Below, piece by piece: positions 1 to 15,029 of a stretch of DNA of 64,000 bases (its first letter is position 1; each line of letters begins with the position of its first letter). Source of the stretch: Yuukianura sp. NJ FZ-2021 (taxonomy: Eukaryota); NCBI GenBank assembly GCA_046563655.1, contig CM102288.1, forward strand, positions 5,208,001 through 5,272,000, read 5' to 3'. Below the pieces are notes generated by a model. That model did no database searches and had not been told where the DNA came from. It saw only the letters and a list, made by a program, of their open reading frames with translations. A program made the translations under genes and the position numbers.

Positions 1-4
1 CGAT

Positions 5-2469
<2,465 letters not shown>

Positions 2470-2704
2470 AAAAATATCGGATATAGACATCTCACAGCAC
2501 AAATTTACGTTTTGCTAACTTCTTTTTGCAGAGTTAAAAATAGAAATTCTGTCAACATTTACATTTATACGTATGGTCGTGCTAACTTTTGCGTGTAAAT
2601 TACGCTAACTTTAAAAGTTATAACTATTGCTAGGGTAGTTAGAGTTCGTCCAGAAATCCGCCGTTGGTGTCATCGGGTTGTCCATTAAGCGTTCCGTTGA
2701 CCAC

Positions 2705-4998
2705 TCATTGACTATGTCCGGATGACAGAAAGAGCCATGTCCAGTAGACAATGTTGAAAATGACAAAGTTGAAAAAAAAGAACCCAAATGCGAATTGGTT
2801 TATGAGTTTGGCGGTTCGTTCAAAAGTTTGAGTAGCTTTTGTCCTAAACTCATCGATGGACTGCAGGGCTCTTCCGATTGGCTCAGCAGCCGAATTTTTC
2901 CCGCCATTTTGGCCAGTTTGATTTAGCGGCACTTCGCAAACCAATCTTTGCAATTCTTGTTGTCGTTTGCTAATTTTGTAATTTCGGAGCCACACGAAGA
3001 AAGCAAATTCCAGTAAGGTTGCAAACACTATGAAAATGCAGTACACCATCCAAATGTCAATGGCTCTACAAAAAAAAAGCAAAAGAAAAAAAAACTTTCA
3101 CAATTTTGAATTTTGAAAAAATTTTTGTTCAAACATCACAATGCTGGACGTACTTGACATAACTGACAACCGGAGTACTTTCTCTGACGGCGGAAAACAT
3201 TGCTGTCAGAGTCAACAGAGTCGTCATGGATATTCCTGGGAAATTTTGTAAAAAGCTAAATTTTGAAACTCAGTATAGAGATTTTCCCAAAATTTTATCT
3301 TGAACTTTCTTTTCGAAAAATTTGCTTACCTATTCTGGCTTCAATGAGTTCCTCTGGAATGAGAAAACTCAACCATGTGATGAAAACCAAAAATGCGGAA
3401 GGAATGTACGTCTGGAAATTATTTTTTTAGAAAATTTCAACTGAAATACTTCAAAATTTTATGTCATTGAAACCATTTTCTACCTGTAAAATGTGATACG
3501 TCATGCGCCGACGCATTGATAGTTGGATTTGGAGCACGTCAAAAATTGCATCTGCAGTATAAAAATAAAATATGAGCCATTTCTTTTTCAAAATTTAAAA
3601 AAAAAATCCTTTTGTACCATCGAGGTTGATGTCCTTGATTTTTTTCCTCCTTTGAGCAACGTAGCTTAACTTGAGGTCAAAGTTGTCATCAGAGTCCGTG
3701 TCAACCAAGTACGCCCCGGGCGGTGGATTCCAGCGCAAGTTCATTTTCGTTTCGTCATTTTGATCTTTCAAAAAATGCAAAAATTTCCCCATTTTACAAA
3801 AACTCGCAAAAAAAGGTACACAAATTGTAATACTTACAACTGCGAATATCAATAATACAGTGTTGAGTGTCCGCCGGGTAGTATTGGAAGTCCATGTTGC
3901 AATCCGTTTTCACCGAGGCTCTAAAATTTTGCAAATAAAAACTTCAAAATTTCAAAAACAAATTCTTCTCTCGAAAATGTAAAAAAAAATCCTGACCTTG
4001 TAGTGTAGACAATACTGGAAGTTCGTTTGATGACTCGCACTGTAACGGGACTCGATAGAAGTCCAGGTTTCCATACTTTCACAACTCGCTCTTAAGAAAA
4101 TAAACTTTAGGTTAACACTAGGTTAGCAAGATTAAAATTAAGTGAAAACGCAGTTAAAAGTAAGTTAAAACTGGGTTAAAACTACGTTAAAATCGCATTA
4201 CCAATGAATATGTCTGGTTTCCATAACTTTTCGAAATCGTCAAGCGGAAGTGGAACTCCGCCGAAAGTTCGAAAGAGAGTGGAAATATTTTCCCATTTCT
4301 CATCAAAGTAGTTTGGTTGCTCCGGAAGAAAGTCGTAGTCGTTCCAATGCACTACCAAGTCCATCTCAACCGTGATTTTCTAAAATTTCAAAAACAGAAT
4401 TTTGAAAAACAATTTTTTAAAAATTTTCTTCACACTTGATGAATACATACCTGATTTCCTTCGTCAATTTCGCGTATACTTTGAATTTGAATTGCGACAT
4501 CCACATCAACCTTCTCCTCTTCATCTTCATCTTCTTGACCTCCGTCGTCGTTAAAAGCAAAGGTCAAGTTTGCTCTAGCTGTTTCACTTTTTGCTTTTAC
4601 TACATCTGACTCTGGTCGTTGTGACGGTGGCGGTGGGCCCACCCTAGCCAAAGTTGAATTCGGATCTTGGTTTGGTGGGACTGGTAGTGGTGGGCCCATC
4701 GCTGGCCCCACCGCAGCAGGTGAGACAAAATCATCATCATCATCAAGTGACGGTATCGCACTGAACGGTACTCCACCACCACCTTAAATTTTTGTAACAT
4801 GCAACAAAAATTTAAAGTTTGAATTTTTTTTTAAATTTCAATGACGTCACCTTTATTTCCTTTTTTCCTTGAAGGAATTTTTAAATTGCTATAAGATTTT
4901 GGAATTACGAGGCCCTCATCTCCAGTTGCATCTTGAGCCAAAAGTGGAGCAACATTGAGCACCACCAAAAGCAAATAAACAATAGTTACTCCCTCCAT
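2705..4998 (-). CDS. Cys-loop ligand-gated ion channel subunit (GlyR/GluCl/pHCl-like scaffold), multi-exon
   Basis: Signal peptide MEGVTIVYLLLVVLNVAPLLA (ATG at 4998). Motifs IQSIREIDE and LWKPDIFI; Cys-loop CNMDFQYYPADTQHC (C-x13-C, ~3857-3901); TM1 TYIPSAFLVFITWLSF; TM2 RIGISMTTLLTLTAMF; SYVKAIDIW; TM3 FIVFATLLEFAF; TM4 FNFVIFNIVYW. Stop at 2705-2707. Confidence 0.93.
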
Positions 4999-6193
4999 TC
5001 CGAACAATTCCGTCAAACGACTTTACACACTTTACAAAAAAAAAAGTTTGTTTTAACTCTAATTAAAGTTTCAAAAACTGGTTTTGGCGGTGCAAAGAAC
5101 TTTTTCAGTTTCTAAATTTCTTTTGAGGTCATCGCACGTCACGTGAGATGCAATGCAGTTGGAAACAAGATGAAGATGAAGATGATACGTGATAAGTCGC
5201 TTCGTCTCGAAAACTGTTGAGGCGGAACTGAATGTAACGAAAGACGGCGATACAAACAAGACAAATTATCTGTCGTGGTTACTTTTTTGCGAAGTGTTTT
5301 TTTACAAAGTTGGCTCGTGCGGAAAGATTTTTGCTTAAGTTCGTTTTGGCAAAGGTCCACACATGATGATGACCACTTGATATGAAAATATTCACATTGT
5401 GGTGAGCTTTAATTAAGTCAGACACTAAGAAAAAAAGACACTCCGCTGACCAGAAAAAAGTTGTAGTCTTTTTCATAATGGTTTTGAGAGTCATGAAAGT
5501 AGTCAAAAAAAATTCCTGGAATTCTCATGATGCTAATGCAATTAAAGTTGCGTCAATTAGTTGCGCAATTTTTTCAGCCAAAAAAGTTTTAAATGAAAGT
5601 GTTAATTTACAAGCTACTTTTTTGTCAAGTTCATTTTTATTGACATTTTCATTATCAGAATCCAAAATTTTAGAAATGTTCGAATAGAGTCTAAATTTTT
5701 TCTCCAGTAAAGAACTGAAAGAACTGAACAAAGAATCTTACTCACACTAATCGTTTTCGCATAACATAGGACCTAAAATCTGTCTCATCTACTTACGAAA
5801 TTTGTTTCCAAAAATTTCATGCAGAAATTGAATTGCATTAGCCGTCTCCACTGTGTTGCGAGGTTTGCCTAATTTGAAAAAAAGCTAAATTGTTGACGCT
5901 TTTAGGCGTAAATCATTTTCCATGAATGTATTATGTGTATGCACAGAAAGGAGGTTTCATATTACCGACTGAGAAAAGAAATTAGAGTAAATATTTTTTT
6001 AAGGAGCCAAATTATAAATTCATTTCAGAAATTGAAAAAAAAGTACATAAATGGATTAGTTGAGGCCTTATTTCATATCACCTTAAAATGTTTCGGTCTC
6101 TTCACCGTAAGTTGTCGACAAAGTGTCAAATATTAGTTTTCGACACATAAAAAACTGTTTCTTTAGAACTTTTGAATTAGTACATTTTTGAAA

Positions 6194-7901
6194 ATGATGG
6201 ACGCAAGTATGTTAGACTGTTTTGTAGCGTACTTTGAATTTTGGTATCGACCTGGTATTTGTCCATCAAAACTCAAATTTAATCCAAACACAAAAGTTTG
6301 GGAAGCTACACGTAGTAGTCGCATACGCAAGGTAAAAGAAAATCAAATTTTTTAAAAGTTTTTTTTTTAAAACATTTTTGTGTCAAACTAGAATACTTAC
6401 ATAAAACCAACAACTAAAAAACTATTGAAAAACATTTGTTTGTTACACTGTAGGTTGTCAATGTCTATATCATTGTCATTCTATACCTCAGCATCAGTGC
6501 TGACGTCCGAATTTTGGATTCCAAGGAAAATATTCAAAAAGTTGGGACCCAACTACAATATTTTGAAAAAGTTTACCTGTTTGGAACGGGTTTTGAAGCT
6601 ATTTGCGTACTGACTTCTTTCTGGCGGAATGGAAATCATTTTGCAGATCTCGTCAACTACAGTCAAGTAGCGTCAGTTAAAGCTACTCTTGGAACTGCAC
6701 AAACCAAAAACGTAACAAAATATACAATAATTGTATGGAAAATTTTATATACTTTATTTAAGTTTTTCTGTATTTATATGTTTTATATATTTTACCGAGT
6801 CCACACCATATTCTAAAGCAATAATCTAAGCAAACGTGCTTGATTTTGGTATGCTTAGATGCACATTTTAAATTGAATTTGGTAAATTCGGTTTTCTAGG
6901 GAAAGCGCAACGTCTTCATTTTAATTTCAACCATGATGATTTTTCGACAAATGATAGAACCTCTGCGCTTTTTGGAAAAAAATTGTTGGAAATTTGATCT
7001 ATACTACGACAGAATGGCATGGTGGGGTCGCTCTTTGCTTTTTCTGGAATCAGTCAACCTTGGTACATGGACGGAGTACGGGAGACATCTTGGATTTGTC
7101 TTTGGATTTCTATCGGATGTTGTTCTATACTCATTCAGATCAGCCGGAGAAACGTTCATGGTGCTAGTTATAGTCCAACTACATCGACTGGTAGTAGATT
7201 TGCAAACTACAGCAAAAACGATGACTGCTCATGAAGTAAGTTAGTTCCAGATTTTAAATTAAGTCTTAAGTTGCAGAATTTAGTAGTGCTTTAATTTACG
7301 TAGGGAGTACAAGAGCTAAGAAAGTTCCGGACGATGGTTGAACTCGTGAACAATGCCACTGCATTACTGCTGTTTGGGCATATATTTGGAGGAATTCCGG
7401 CTTTGATGAAATGCATTCCTCAAGCGATCCAGCCAGACGGAATTATGGCGCACTTTTCAAGTGTCAGCTTTGCGGTGATTCCGACGCTGTTCTTGATCCT
7501 CGCGGCATGGTTCAAAGCCAAAGTAAGTCAAACTAACCTCACTATCTATCACGTCAAAAGCATCAGCTAACTTTGCTTAATTTTTTGTATTCTAAAACAC
7601 ACCGGTTAAGGTCGGGACTATTTTTCGTAAGTGGATCAGTGTACAAACCTTTGTGCAATTTGACCAAAACGATCTTTTGATGTTGTTGCACGACATTTCC
7701 TCTGACAACTATGTAATCAAACCAGTGGAATTTATCCATTTCGACTCATCGTTCCTTGGAGCTGTAAGAATAATTTTAATGAATTTAAATTGAATTTTTT
7801 CTAAGTTTTCTGAAAAATCAAACCTTTGTGTTTCTATCTAGCTCTTTGGATTGATCCTCACCTTCTCTGTTGTGATTATTCAGTTTGAAACACAAAAGTA
7901 G
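6194..7901 (+). CDS. Gustatory receptor (arthropod 7TM chemoreceptor, GR family), 6 exons
   Basis: Approximate exons 6194-6331, 6454-6711, 6900-7235, 7304-7522, 7611-7763 and 7842-7901 splice in frame through phase-0 introns. Several hydrophobic segments are present. The C-terminal LILTFSVVIIQF matches the GR TM7 motif T(Y/F)hhhhhQF, and phase-0 introns near the C-terminus are typical of GRs. Confidence 0.8.
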
Positions 7902-8432
7902 TCGGATTGCAAGTTAATCTGCGTTGACGTTTTGATGGTTTTTGTTAACAAAATTAATTTTCTTCAAATATTTTCAAAACTTCTCTTTAATTGTCTTCGT
8001 GTTAAAATCACTCTACGATCATTTTGCGTAATCTTTTGACGAAATTGTAAAGTGTAGGAAAAAGGAAGCACTTTTAGGGGAAATGAATTAAAGGTTTGAC
8101 ACTTCAGTGACGTTATATTTGAGCAAACATTGACAAATCAAAGCGGAGAAAGGAAATAATTTTAAGTACAAGAAGATAAGAGTGAAATAGAAGGTTACAG
8201 TGATACAATGGTTTCGTTTTTTTGCACTTACACTTCCAATTGGGATTTGTCATTGTCATTCGGGCACTCAGAGATTTGACGATAAATTTGATAAGAGGTA
8301 ATCGTTCCATATGTTATGCCAAATGTCATGTACATCTTCAGTTTCGAACGGAGAGTGACCTTGAGTGAGACAAAGTTCGTACTACCTAACTTTATACGAT
8401 TTAAGAGAATTGGAGAGTAAGAAAGGCGCGGA

Positions 8433-11400
8433 ATGTGGAACACGCTGGTGTTGCTTCCATTTTTCATTTCAATTGTTGTTTCCACCGGGGATTTACCGGA
8501 GGTCACTGTTTTGACGGGGACCGTCGGCAGACTTCATGACGGATTCATAAACTCTACAACACAAACAGTATTCTACTACGATCTCAGTACGATATTCAGC
8601 AAGTTCAACACGGATGTAAGTTAGCAATTCTGGAAACAAAAGTTCACCATTCCAATCAATAGAATTCAAAACTCTTTACAAAGTATTTCGCTTTCAAATA
8701 AATTTGCGTGATTTAGGATGCCAACGTGCGCGTGAGTGTTAGCGTGCAACCTTTTGCAGGGGACTGTCCAGTCCTGTTTAGTGTCCGTGAACGACGAGCG
8801 GTCTTATCCTGGGAACTCCCAATTGTAGAACAAGATCAAACTGGAAGGTAAGTCAATTGTTCATGTAGTACTATAAATGGATAAAATATTTCTTGCACTC
8901 CCCTCGAAAGTGGTGGATATATCCGGATTTTTTTGGTTTCTTCCGGATGAAACTCAATTTCGTCCATCGGAAACTGGATTTCATCCGGATTTATCCATTT
9001 ATCCAATGGATATATCCTGGACGAAATGCTAAAAATAAAGCGTATTGCCTACTGCTTTGTATCTCTTTAGTTTCGTTTCCTACTACTCCACTGAGCGGAC
9101 TCTTTGCTCAGAAGTGGGCAAAGGCGATTCGAACCAGGCGATTCAAATTGAAATCTCAACGTGCAGTGTGGATCCAATCAACTTCTTGGTCTCACTGACT
9201 GTCACCAACGACATAGTCATACGGTATGCACGTTAAACGTTAAACTAGCAATGAAAAAAGAAATTTCATTTCAGTGTGTCATTTGAGCTAAGCATTTCTT
9301 GGCAGCATTGACGACCCGCCCAGAAAAGTTGAGGTTTCACCGGTTGCTCCAGTGTACTACCGATACGATCCGCCCGAAACTGGAGACGACTCGGTACTGG
9401 TCAGTATTGACGATGTTTCTGGGGATGAGGATATCTGTGTCATTTTCTCCATCCAGCAACCACAAGTAACTGCAACAAAATGCAATCAGACATTAATTAG
9501 CTACCACAATAAGTGTTTCTTTGGACGAATTTTGGTTTCGTGTTCTGTTTTTCAAAATTCTGCTTTTTGTGCAGACACTAGTATTGTCTGCATAAAAATT
9601 TACAGAATTTTTAAAAATAGTACAGGAATTCACATTTTTACCGTTTTTGTCAAAAATGATTTCTATAAATGTCAACTTATTATACTTCATTCAGTGTCCA
9701 GTGCTGGATCAAGAGCAAAGTGTTCAATTCAGAGGATACTGGCAGAGTATGACCACGAAAGCGTCGATTCTGCTCAGGGTAAGTCAAACAATGTCTAATT
9801 TCGGTTGAAGTAAACCTGGACTCCCCGCCTGTACCCATCCATCCAAATTTTTGCACTGCTCTGCTTGTACCCACCCATTGTACCTATCCTATGAGTACAT
9901 TTGTTTGTTCCCACGAGAATCTAAAGCAATACTTTGGATTCATCCATTTCTTCCACTGGATATCCTGCCGAGGATAAAATGTCGAAAAAGTGGATATCCA
10001 GCAACACTGGGCTTCATGCATCATGCATTCTCCAAAGTCCGAGTTTTACCCGACATTTTGAATTTTAGCGGGATACTCATCCGAATGGGTTCTTCATTGT
10101 ACTCGTTGCCCTTACGAATGGAGAACGATGTTCCGAGATGTCGTCAATCACTGACTCAGCCTACACTCGCTTCAATGGTCTTGAGAAAAACGAAATGCTG
10201 GTGACAATTGAAAGAGTCATTGAGCCCGAGGACTATGTCACTCCAGTACTCGTCCCACTCGCCGTCATCTTCGGTCTCATTCTCCTCATATTCATCGTTT
10301 TTTCAATCTTTCAAAACATGTTACAAAGGTAGCCTCAGTGTATCAAGATAACCAACCAATTGCTGAATTTTTACATAATTTTAAAACAGTTTTGTCGAAT
10401 TCATACAGGATTAGTGATGCGTCAAGAGCAAACGTGTCGTTTATTTCGGATTTTCGAGCCGTGTCTAGATTCCAGTCTTGTCTTTGCTTGGAGGAGTTGA
10501 AGGAGCACAGCGCCGATACACTGCAACGCAAGTCCAACCGATACTTCCTGTCCGTCGTCACCATTGGAATCTTCTACTGCGTCCCTGTCATTCAACTCAT
10601 TTCAAATTATTTGAGAGTGAGATAATAATTGTTAGTGAAGATTTAATTGAATTAGACGCGAAGAATCTCAAATGTATTTGATTTGTAGGTACTCTATCGG
10701 ACTGGTGACTATGACTTGTGCTACTACAACTATCGATGTGCCCGTCCACTGGGCTACATTATGGACTTCAACCACATTTACTCCAACACAGGCTACGTCA
10801 TCTGCGGCATTGCTTTCATCGTCTTCGTCAGCCTCCGGCAGAGGAGCCTCGAGGCCGTTGACTTCCATCCAACGCCGCTAGATGTAAACGTAATCGCAGG
10901 AGATGGAGATGCCACTTTTGACAACACGGGAGTTCTTCGGAAAATACTTCCGAGGATATATGGAAACATTGCAAACGAATACGGTACGCTCCAGAATTAT
11001 GGAATTTACTACGCTCTCGGAGTTGCTATCATTCTGGAAGGCGTCCTTTCCTCAGCATATCACATATGTCCAAATCAATCCAATTTCCAATTTGGTAAGG
11101 CTTAAAATTGAACACAATTTCAACAGAGAAGCAAGATTTAGCAAGAAATATTTCAAAAAGCAAATTTTTATAACTTGCCCTATTTTTTTTTAGATACTTC
11201 TTTCATGTACGTCATTGCAGTTCTCGGAATCGTGAAAGTGTACCAGTTTAGGCATCCAATGTATCTCAGCGCGTGAGTTTAAACCGAACAGAGGCTTTCA
11301 TTTTGTATATATTTTGAACTTGTTTTTAACATTTTAGGAACATCACGTTCATTAGTTTGGCGTTTGTCGCGGCCTCTTCAGTGTTCGGTTTGTTATTTGA

Positions 11401-12263
11401 TAATTTAATTTTCAAAATCTGTTTTTCCGTTTTCTACTTCGTTGGACTTGTGATTCTGCTGATCTACATGTACCACGTAGGATTCACTGTGGATGCGAGT
11501 GAGTGAACTAAATTAGTTAAATCTTAAATTAATTCACAAGTGTCTAATTTGCAAACAATGACTTTGTAGATGGTGTCTTGGTCACAAGCTGGGTGGAGAT
11601 TTGCAAAGGGATTTTGCGAATTCGCACAATTTATGAGCGTCGCCCTTCCAATTCGTCCACTTTCGGTAGAATTCTATTCCCCGTCGTTGCACTCCTCATA
11701 AACATCACAATCATCGTCTGTCTCTGGACGGTCATGGTCAACAACAACTTTGCTACACAACTGCTAGCTATTTTTGTTACAAACTTTTCTGCATACGTTA
11801 TGTACTATGCGACCATGAAGGTACACACCGGAAATATGTCTTTTTTTCATTTTTTGATTTTTTTGAGAAATTTTTGAAACGAAGTGTTTTGTTTTTGTAG
11901 TTGGTGCATAGAGAATACAAATCAATGTTATGGATTCAGTTGCTGATTTACGGTATTCTGTCTCTCGGACTGTGGATTTTGTCGCTGTATTACTTTCAGC
12001 AAGCGCAGAGCTCCTGGGAAAAGTCGCCTGCGCAGTCGCGAGAGCTCAACGACGACTGTATCCTGTTTAGTTTCTATGACAACCATGATCTCTGGCACTT
12101 TACCTCCAGTGCTGCTCTTCTCACGTCATTCATGGTACTTTCAATTTTGAATTCAGTAGCTTTGTTATGTTAAAAATATTTGTCGTTTGCTTGGTTTCAG
12201 CTTCTGCTGACGATGGATGACGATTTGATTACAACGAAGCACGAAAACATCCCAGTTTTTTAA
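8433..12263 (+). CDS. sid-1-like: SID-1 transmembrane family protein (SIDT/SID-1-like; dsRNA- or lipid-transport related), multi-exon
   Basis: Signal peptide MWNTLVLLPFFISIVVS. Conserved motifs [78 protein letters not shown] and FYDNHDLWHF, and C-terminal LLTMDDDL...IPVF-stop (TAA 12261-12263). Confidence 0.96.
8876..9035. mobile_element. Degenerate fragment of the GGATATCC-rich MITE-like repeat, in a SID-1 intron
   Basis: GGATATATCCTGGACGAAATGCTAAAAA (~9008) resembles the reverse complement of the left part of the 18581 element. TTTCATCCGG blocks are shared. Confidence 0.5.
9945..10009. mobile_element. Terminal fragment of the same MITE-like family, in a SID-1 intron
   Basis: AAAAAGTGGATATCCAGCAACACTG (ending at 10009) is a near-exact reverse complement of CAGTGTTGCTGGATGTCCACTTTTT at 18581. 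Confidence 0.6.
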
Positions 12264-12931
12264 TTAGAATTTGTCCCAAGGACGTCAACGACTACACCAG
12301 ATGAGCCATATGAATTTTAACAATGTTTGTTACACAACGATTGAAAACCATGGCTTGCAGAATCAAAGCAGCACCACATTTTCGTTGTTATAAGTCTCTT
12401 TACTAATTGAATGTGATGACGCAAAAGTTCCAAACATGACGCAGAAGCAGGAAATCATGTAACGATTTTGTAAAAACCAATCTTGTTTCTGCAAACAGAA
12501 ATTTTGAAGTTGAATTTAAAATTTATCGTAAAGGGTTCGCTTGAAAGGAAAATTGAAGGAAGAGACGTGGGGCAGTGGATGTGTTTTGCACAAAAAAAAT
12601 TATTCAACAAAAGCATCGTTTAAATTTTTTTTGGGATTTTAGTTGAAATTTTAGCAATAAAAAGGAACTGATATTTTAAGCAGAATTTGAAAATAAAAAC
12701 TGTGAATGTCAATGTCGGATTGACTCCCAAACACATGTATGCAAATGATTTTTGAGGACTGAAATAGACGGAATTTTCAGTACACATTTGCTAGTGATTA
12801 ACCTAGTCTCCAAATAGCCATAGGCTCCTGAATTTATTCCGCCGTATGTCAAGATTAATTTGAACCAAATTTTTCCAAAAATTGAATCAAATTTGAACCG
12901 AATTTTTCCGAAACGTGAAACAAAGTCGGCC

Positions 12932-13537
12932 ATGCAATTCAAAACGTTGTTTTTCTTTTGCCTCATTTCGTCCACGGCATTTGAAGGAACCGCCGGTTTC
13001 TTTTTCGGACCAATCAACTTTTCCTTCGGACCATTCAACCCATTCAGCCTCGGGAGCACTGGCACTACCACTACGGGTACGACCACTGGCACCACTGTTA
13101 CGGGATGTGTTGCCGTCGTACCGCTCAGTAAGTGACTTTCGATACTTACGAACCTCTGATTTATTTTAAACAAAACGGCGCCTAAATTTAAGCTCTGATG
13201 TTTAGTTTTGAAGCTGATGGGATATAGACCGACTTGCAGCGGTTCCAGCGGCACTGCGACAACAACGACAACTGCGTCTACGACTTGTGCCCCGGAATGC
13301 TTGAAGTTCATCTGCGACACGGCTCCATACTGCAACCCTCCATACGCATCAGCCACTACATTCACGATGAAATGCTCAGATGGAGCTGCCCCACCCGTTG
13401 CCTCTAACCCCACCATCTCTCTTCCGTGCAACAACGTCCACAATCCAGCATGTACATCCGGAGCCCCCGGCTGCCCCTCCGACTGCCCAGCACCTAGCCC
13501 ACCCGCAGTCTTTCCTCCAACATCCAGTCTCTGTTGA
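12932..13537 (+). CDS. Secreted Thr/Pro/Cys-rich protein, paralog A (2 exons: 12932-13127, 13206-13537); family unknown
   Basis: Signal peptide MQFKTLFFFCLISSTAFEGTAG, a G/T-rich linker, a phase-1 GT-AG intron and 12 Cys in the mature part, ending in ...SLC-stop. Collinear with paralog B, with the same intron position. Confidence 0.88.
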
Positions 13538-14588
13538 GTGGAATTTGTCAACTTAATTTTTAAGTTAATCAACAGCCATTGAAATCGGGAATAATTTCAG
13601 AGCTAGAATCCAAAAGAAGGACAGCAGCCCAATAAATCAAAGTTGATTCTTGATCGAAGGCTAGATTAAGTAGCGAAATCTACTTTATGTTTGTATTCAT
13701 ATCTGTCTGTCTGTCTGTCCGGATTAATTATCTCAGATTTCATTCGATTTCATCCGAATTCCAGCTATCAACATATGTCATGACCCGGACCAGGCCACTG
13801 TATTAAATATTCTCCCGGTGGATCAACTGCTTCCGGGTCAAAGGTCAACTTTTTTTTCTCGTCCACAGCTAAGCTCCCCTATGACATACAATCGTTGACC
13901 ACTGTGAGCAACCATTTGTGATTACAGCACCATCTTTCACTATAGTTAAGGGTTACAAACGGATTTCTTGATGCCTCCTTCCGGGTCAACATTCAACTAC
14001 TTCTTTAGAAATTTTAACACTGCACTACGGTTGTCCATGATACACTGCGGCTCATCTCTCGCTACTTATTTATGTCCCAAGTTGACCAATTTGATTTAGA
14101 TATTTGGAAAAAATTGTATGAGGTGAATAATTAATTATTTGTGTCTTGGAGTGGGCAAAGTCTGACGCTCAAAAACATTACAATAGTTTTAAAAATGACA
14201 AACAGCGCCACATTTTGATTTCAATAAGCTAAATAATTTATGTCATTCTTAATAACTGCTTACCGGCCTGACGCACATCAGCTAAAAATGACGCAAGCAA
14301 CAATCAAATATGTAACGATTTTGGGAAAACAAACTTGTGGTTACATAAATTAGAATTAATGCTTTCAAAAGTTTGATTTGAGAAAGAAATTCATTAACTT
14401 TACATGAAAGTCGATCTGATATGATAACTCAGCTAAGGCAATTTATTCCCAGAACTTACACGGTCCACCGTAGCTTGGATACACAAAATTGTTTCCGACC
14501 ATGCATGGTCGGCCTGATAAATAAATTAGTATGAGTTTCACTACTTACAAGGCTTGAGACAAAGAGAGATGTGGTGGAAAAAACAATA

Positions 14589-14660
14589 GCAACCGAATGG
14601 GATTTGAACCCACGTCACTTCATTCCGGGGATATGCTCTCCACCATTCAGCTATCGGCTC
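14589..14660 (-). pseudogene. tRNA-like sequence (tRNA pseudogene or tRNA-derived SINE head)
   Basis: The minus strand reads GAGCCGA-TAGCTGAATGGTGGAGAGC-...-GTGGG TTCAAAT CCCAT-TCGGTTGC. It has an acceptor-like stem, an A-box/D-arm and a B-box/T-arm, but the anticodon arm pairs poorly, so no isotype is assigned. Confidence 0.65.
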
Positions 14661-15029
14661 CACACGAGGCTCCAACCCTATTTTATCGCTCAATTCGACG
14701 ATAATGCTGCTATAGTGGGAAAAGAAATGACAACGATGGATCAAAAGTCTTTACTGATACGCAGAAGTTGACGTTTCGGCAGATTTAAAAAACCGTGACG
14801 CGGGTGCTGGGATTTGCGTAATACTTTCCAAACACATTTATGTTAATGGGCATTGGGTAAAGATTAAAATAGAGGCAGGAGCGGGTTTCAGTACACATTT
14901 AGTGTTCAACCGAATTTTCAAATAGCCTCAGGCTCTTCCGCTACATCCGCCAAGGCTGATCAAACGTTGAAAACTTTGGCAAATTTTTTAGCAAAGTTGT
15001 GAAAAGTGCCCTAATTCCGCCAAGCAAAG

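Noticed and set aside
8113..8506. Minus-strand ORFs overlapping the SID-1 start
   Set aside because: No recognisable motifs or consistent exon structure; most likely chance ORFs.
12709..13572. 287-aa minus-strand ORF, and similar ORFs at 15428-15735
   Set aside because: These are antisense shadows of the GC-rich Cys/Thr/Pro genes. The + strand has the signal peptides, splice sites and paralog conservation.
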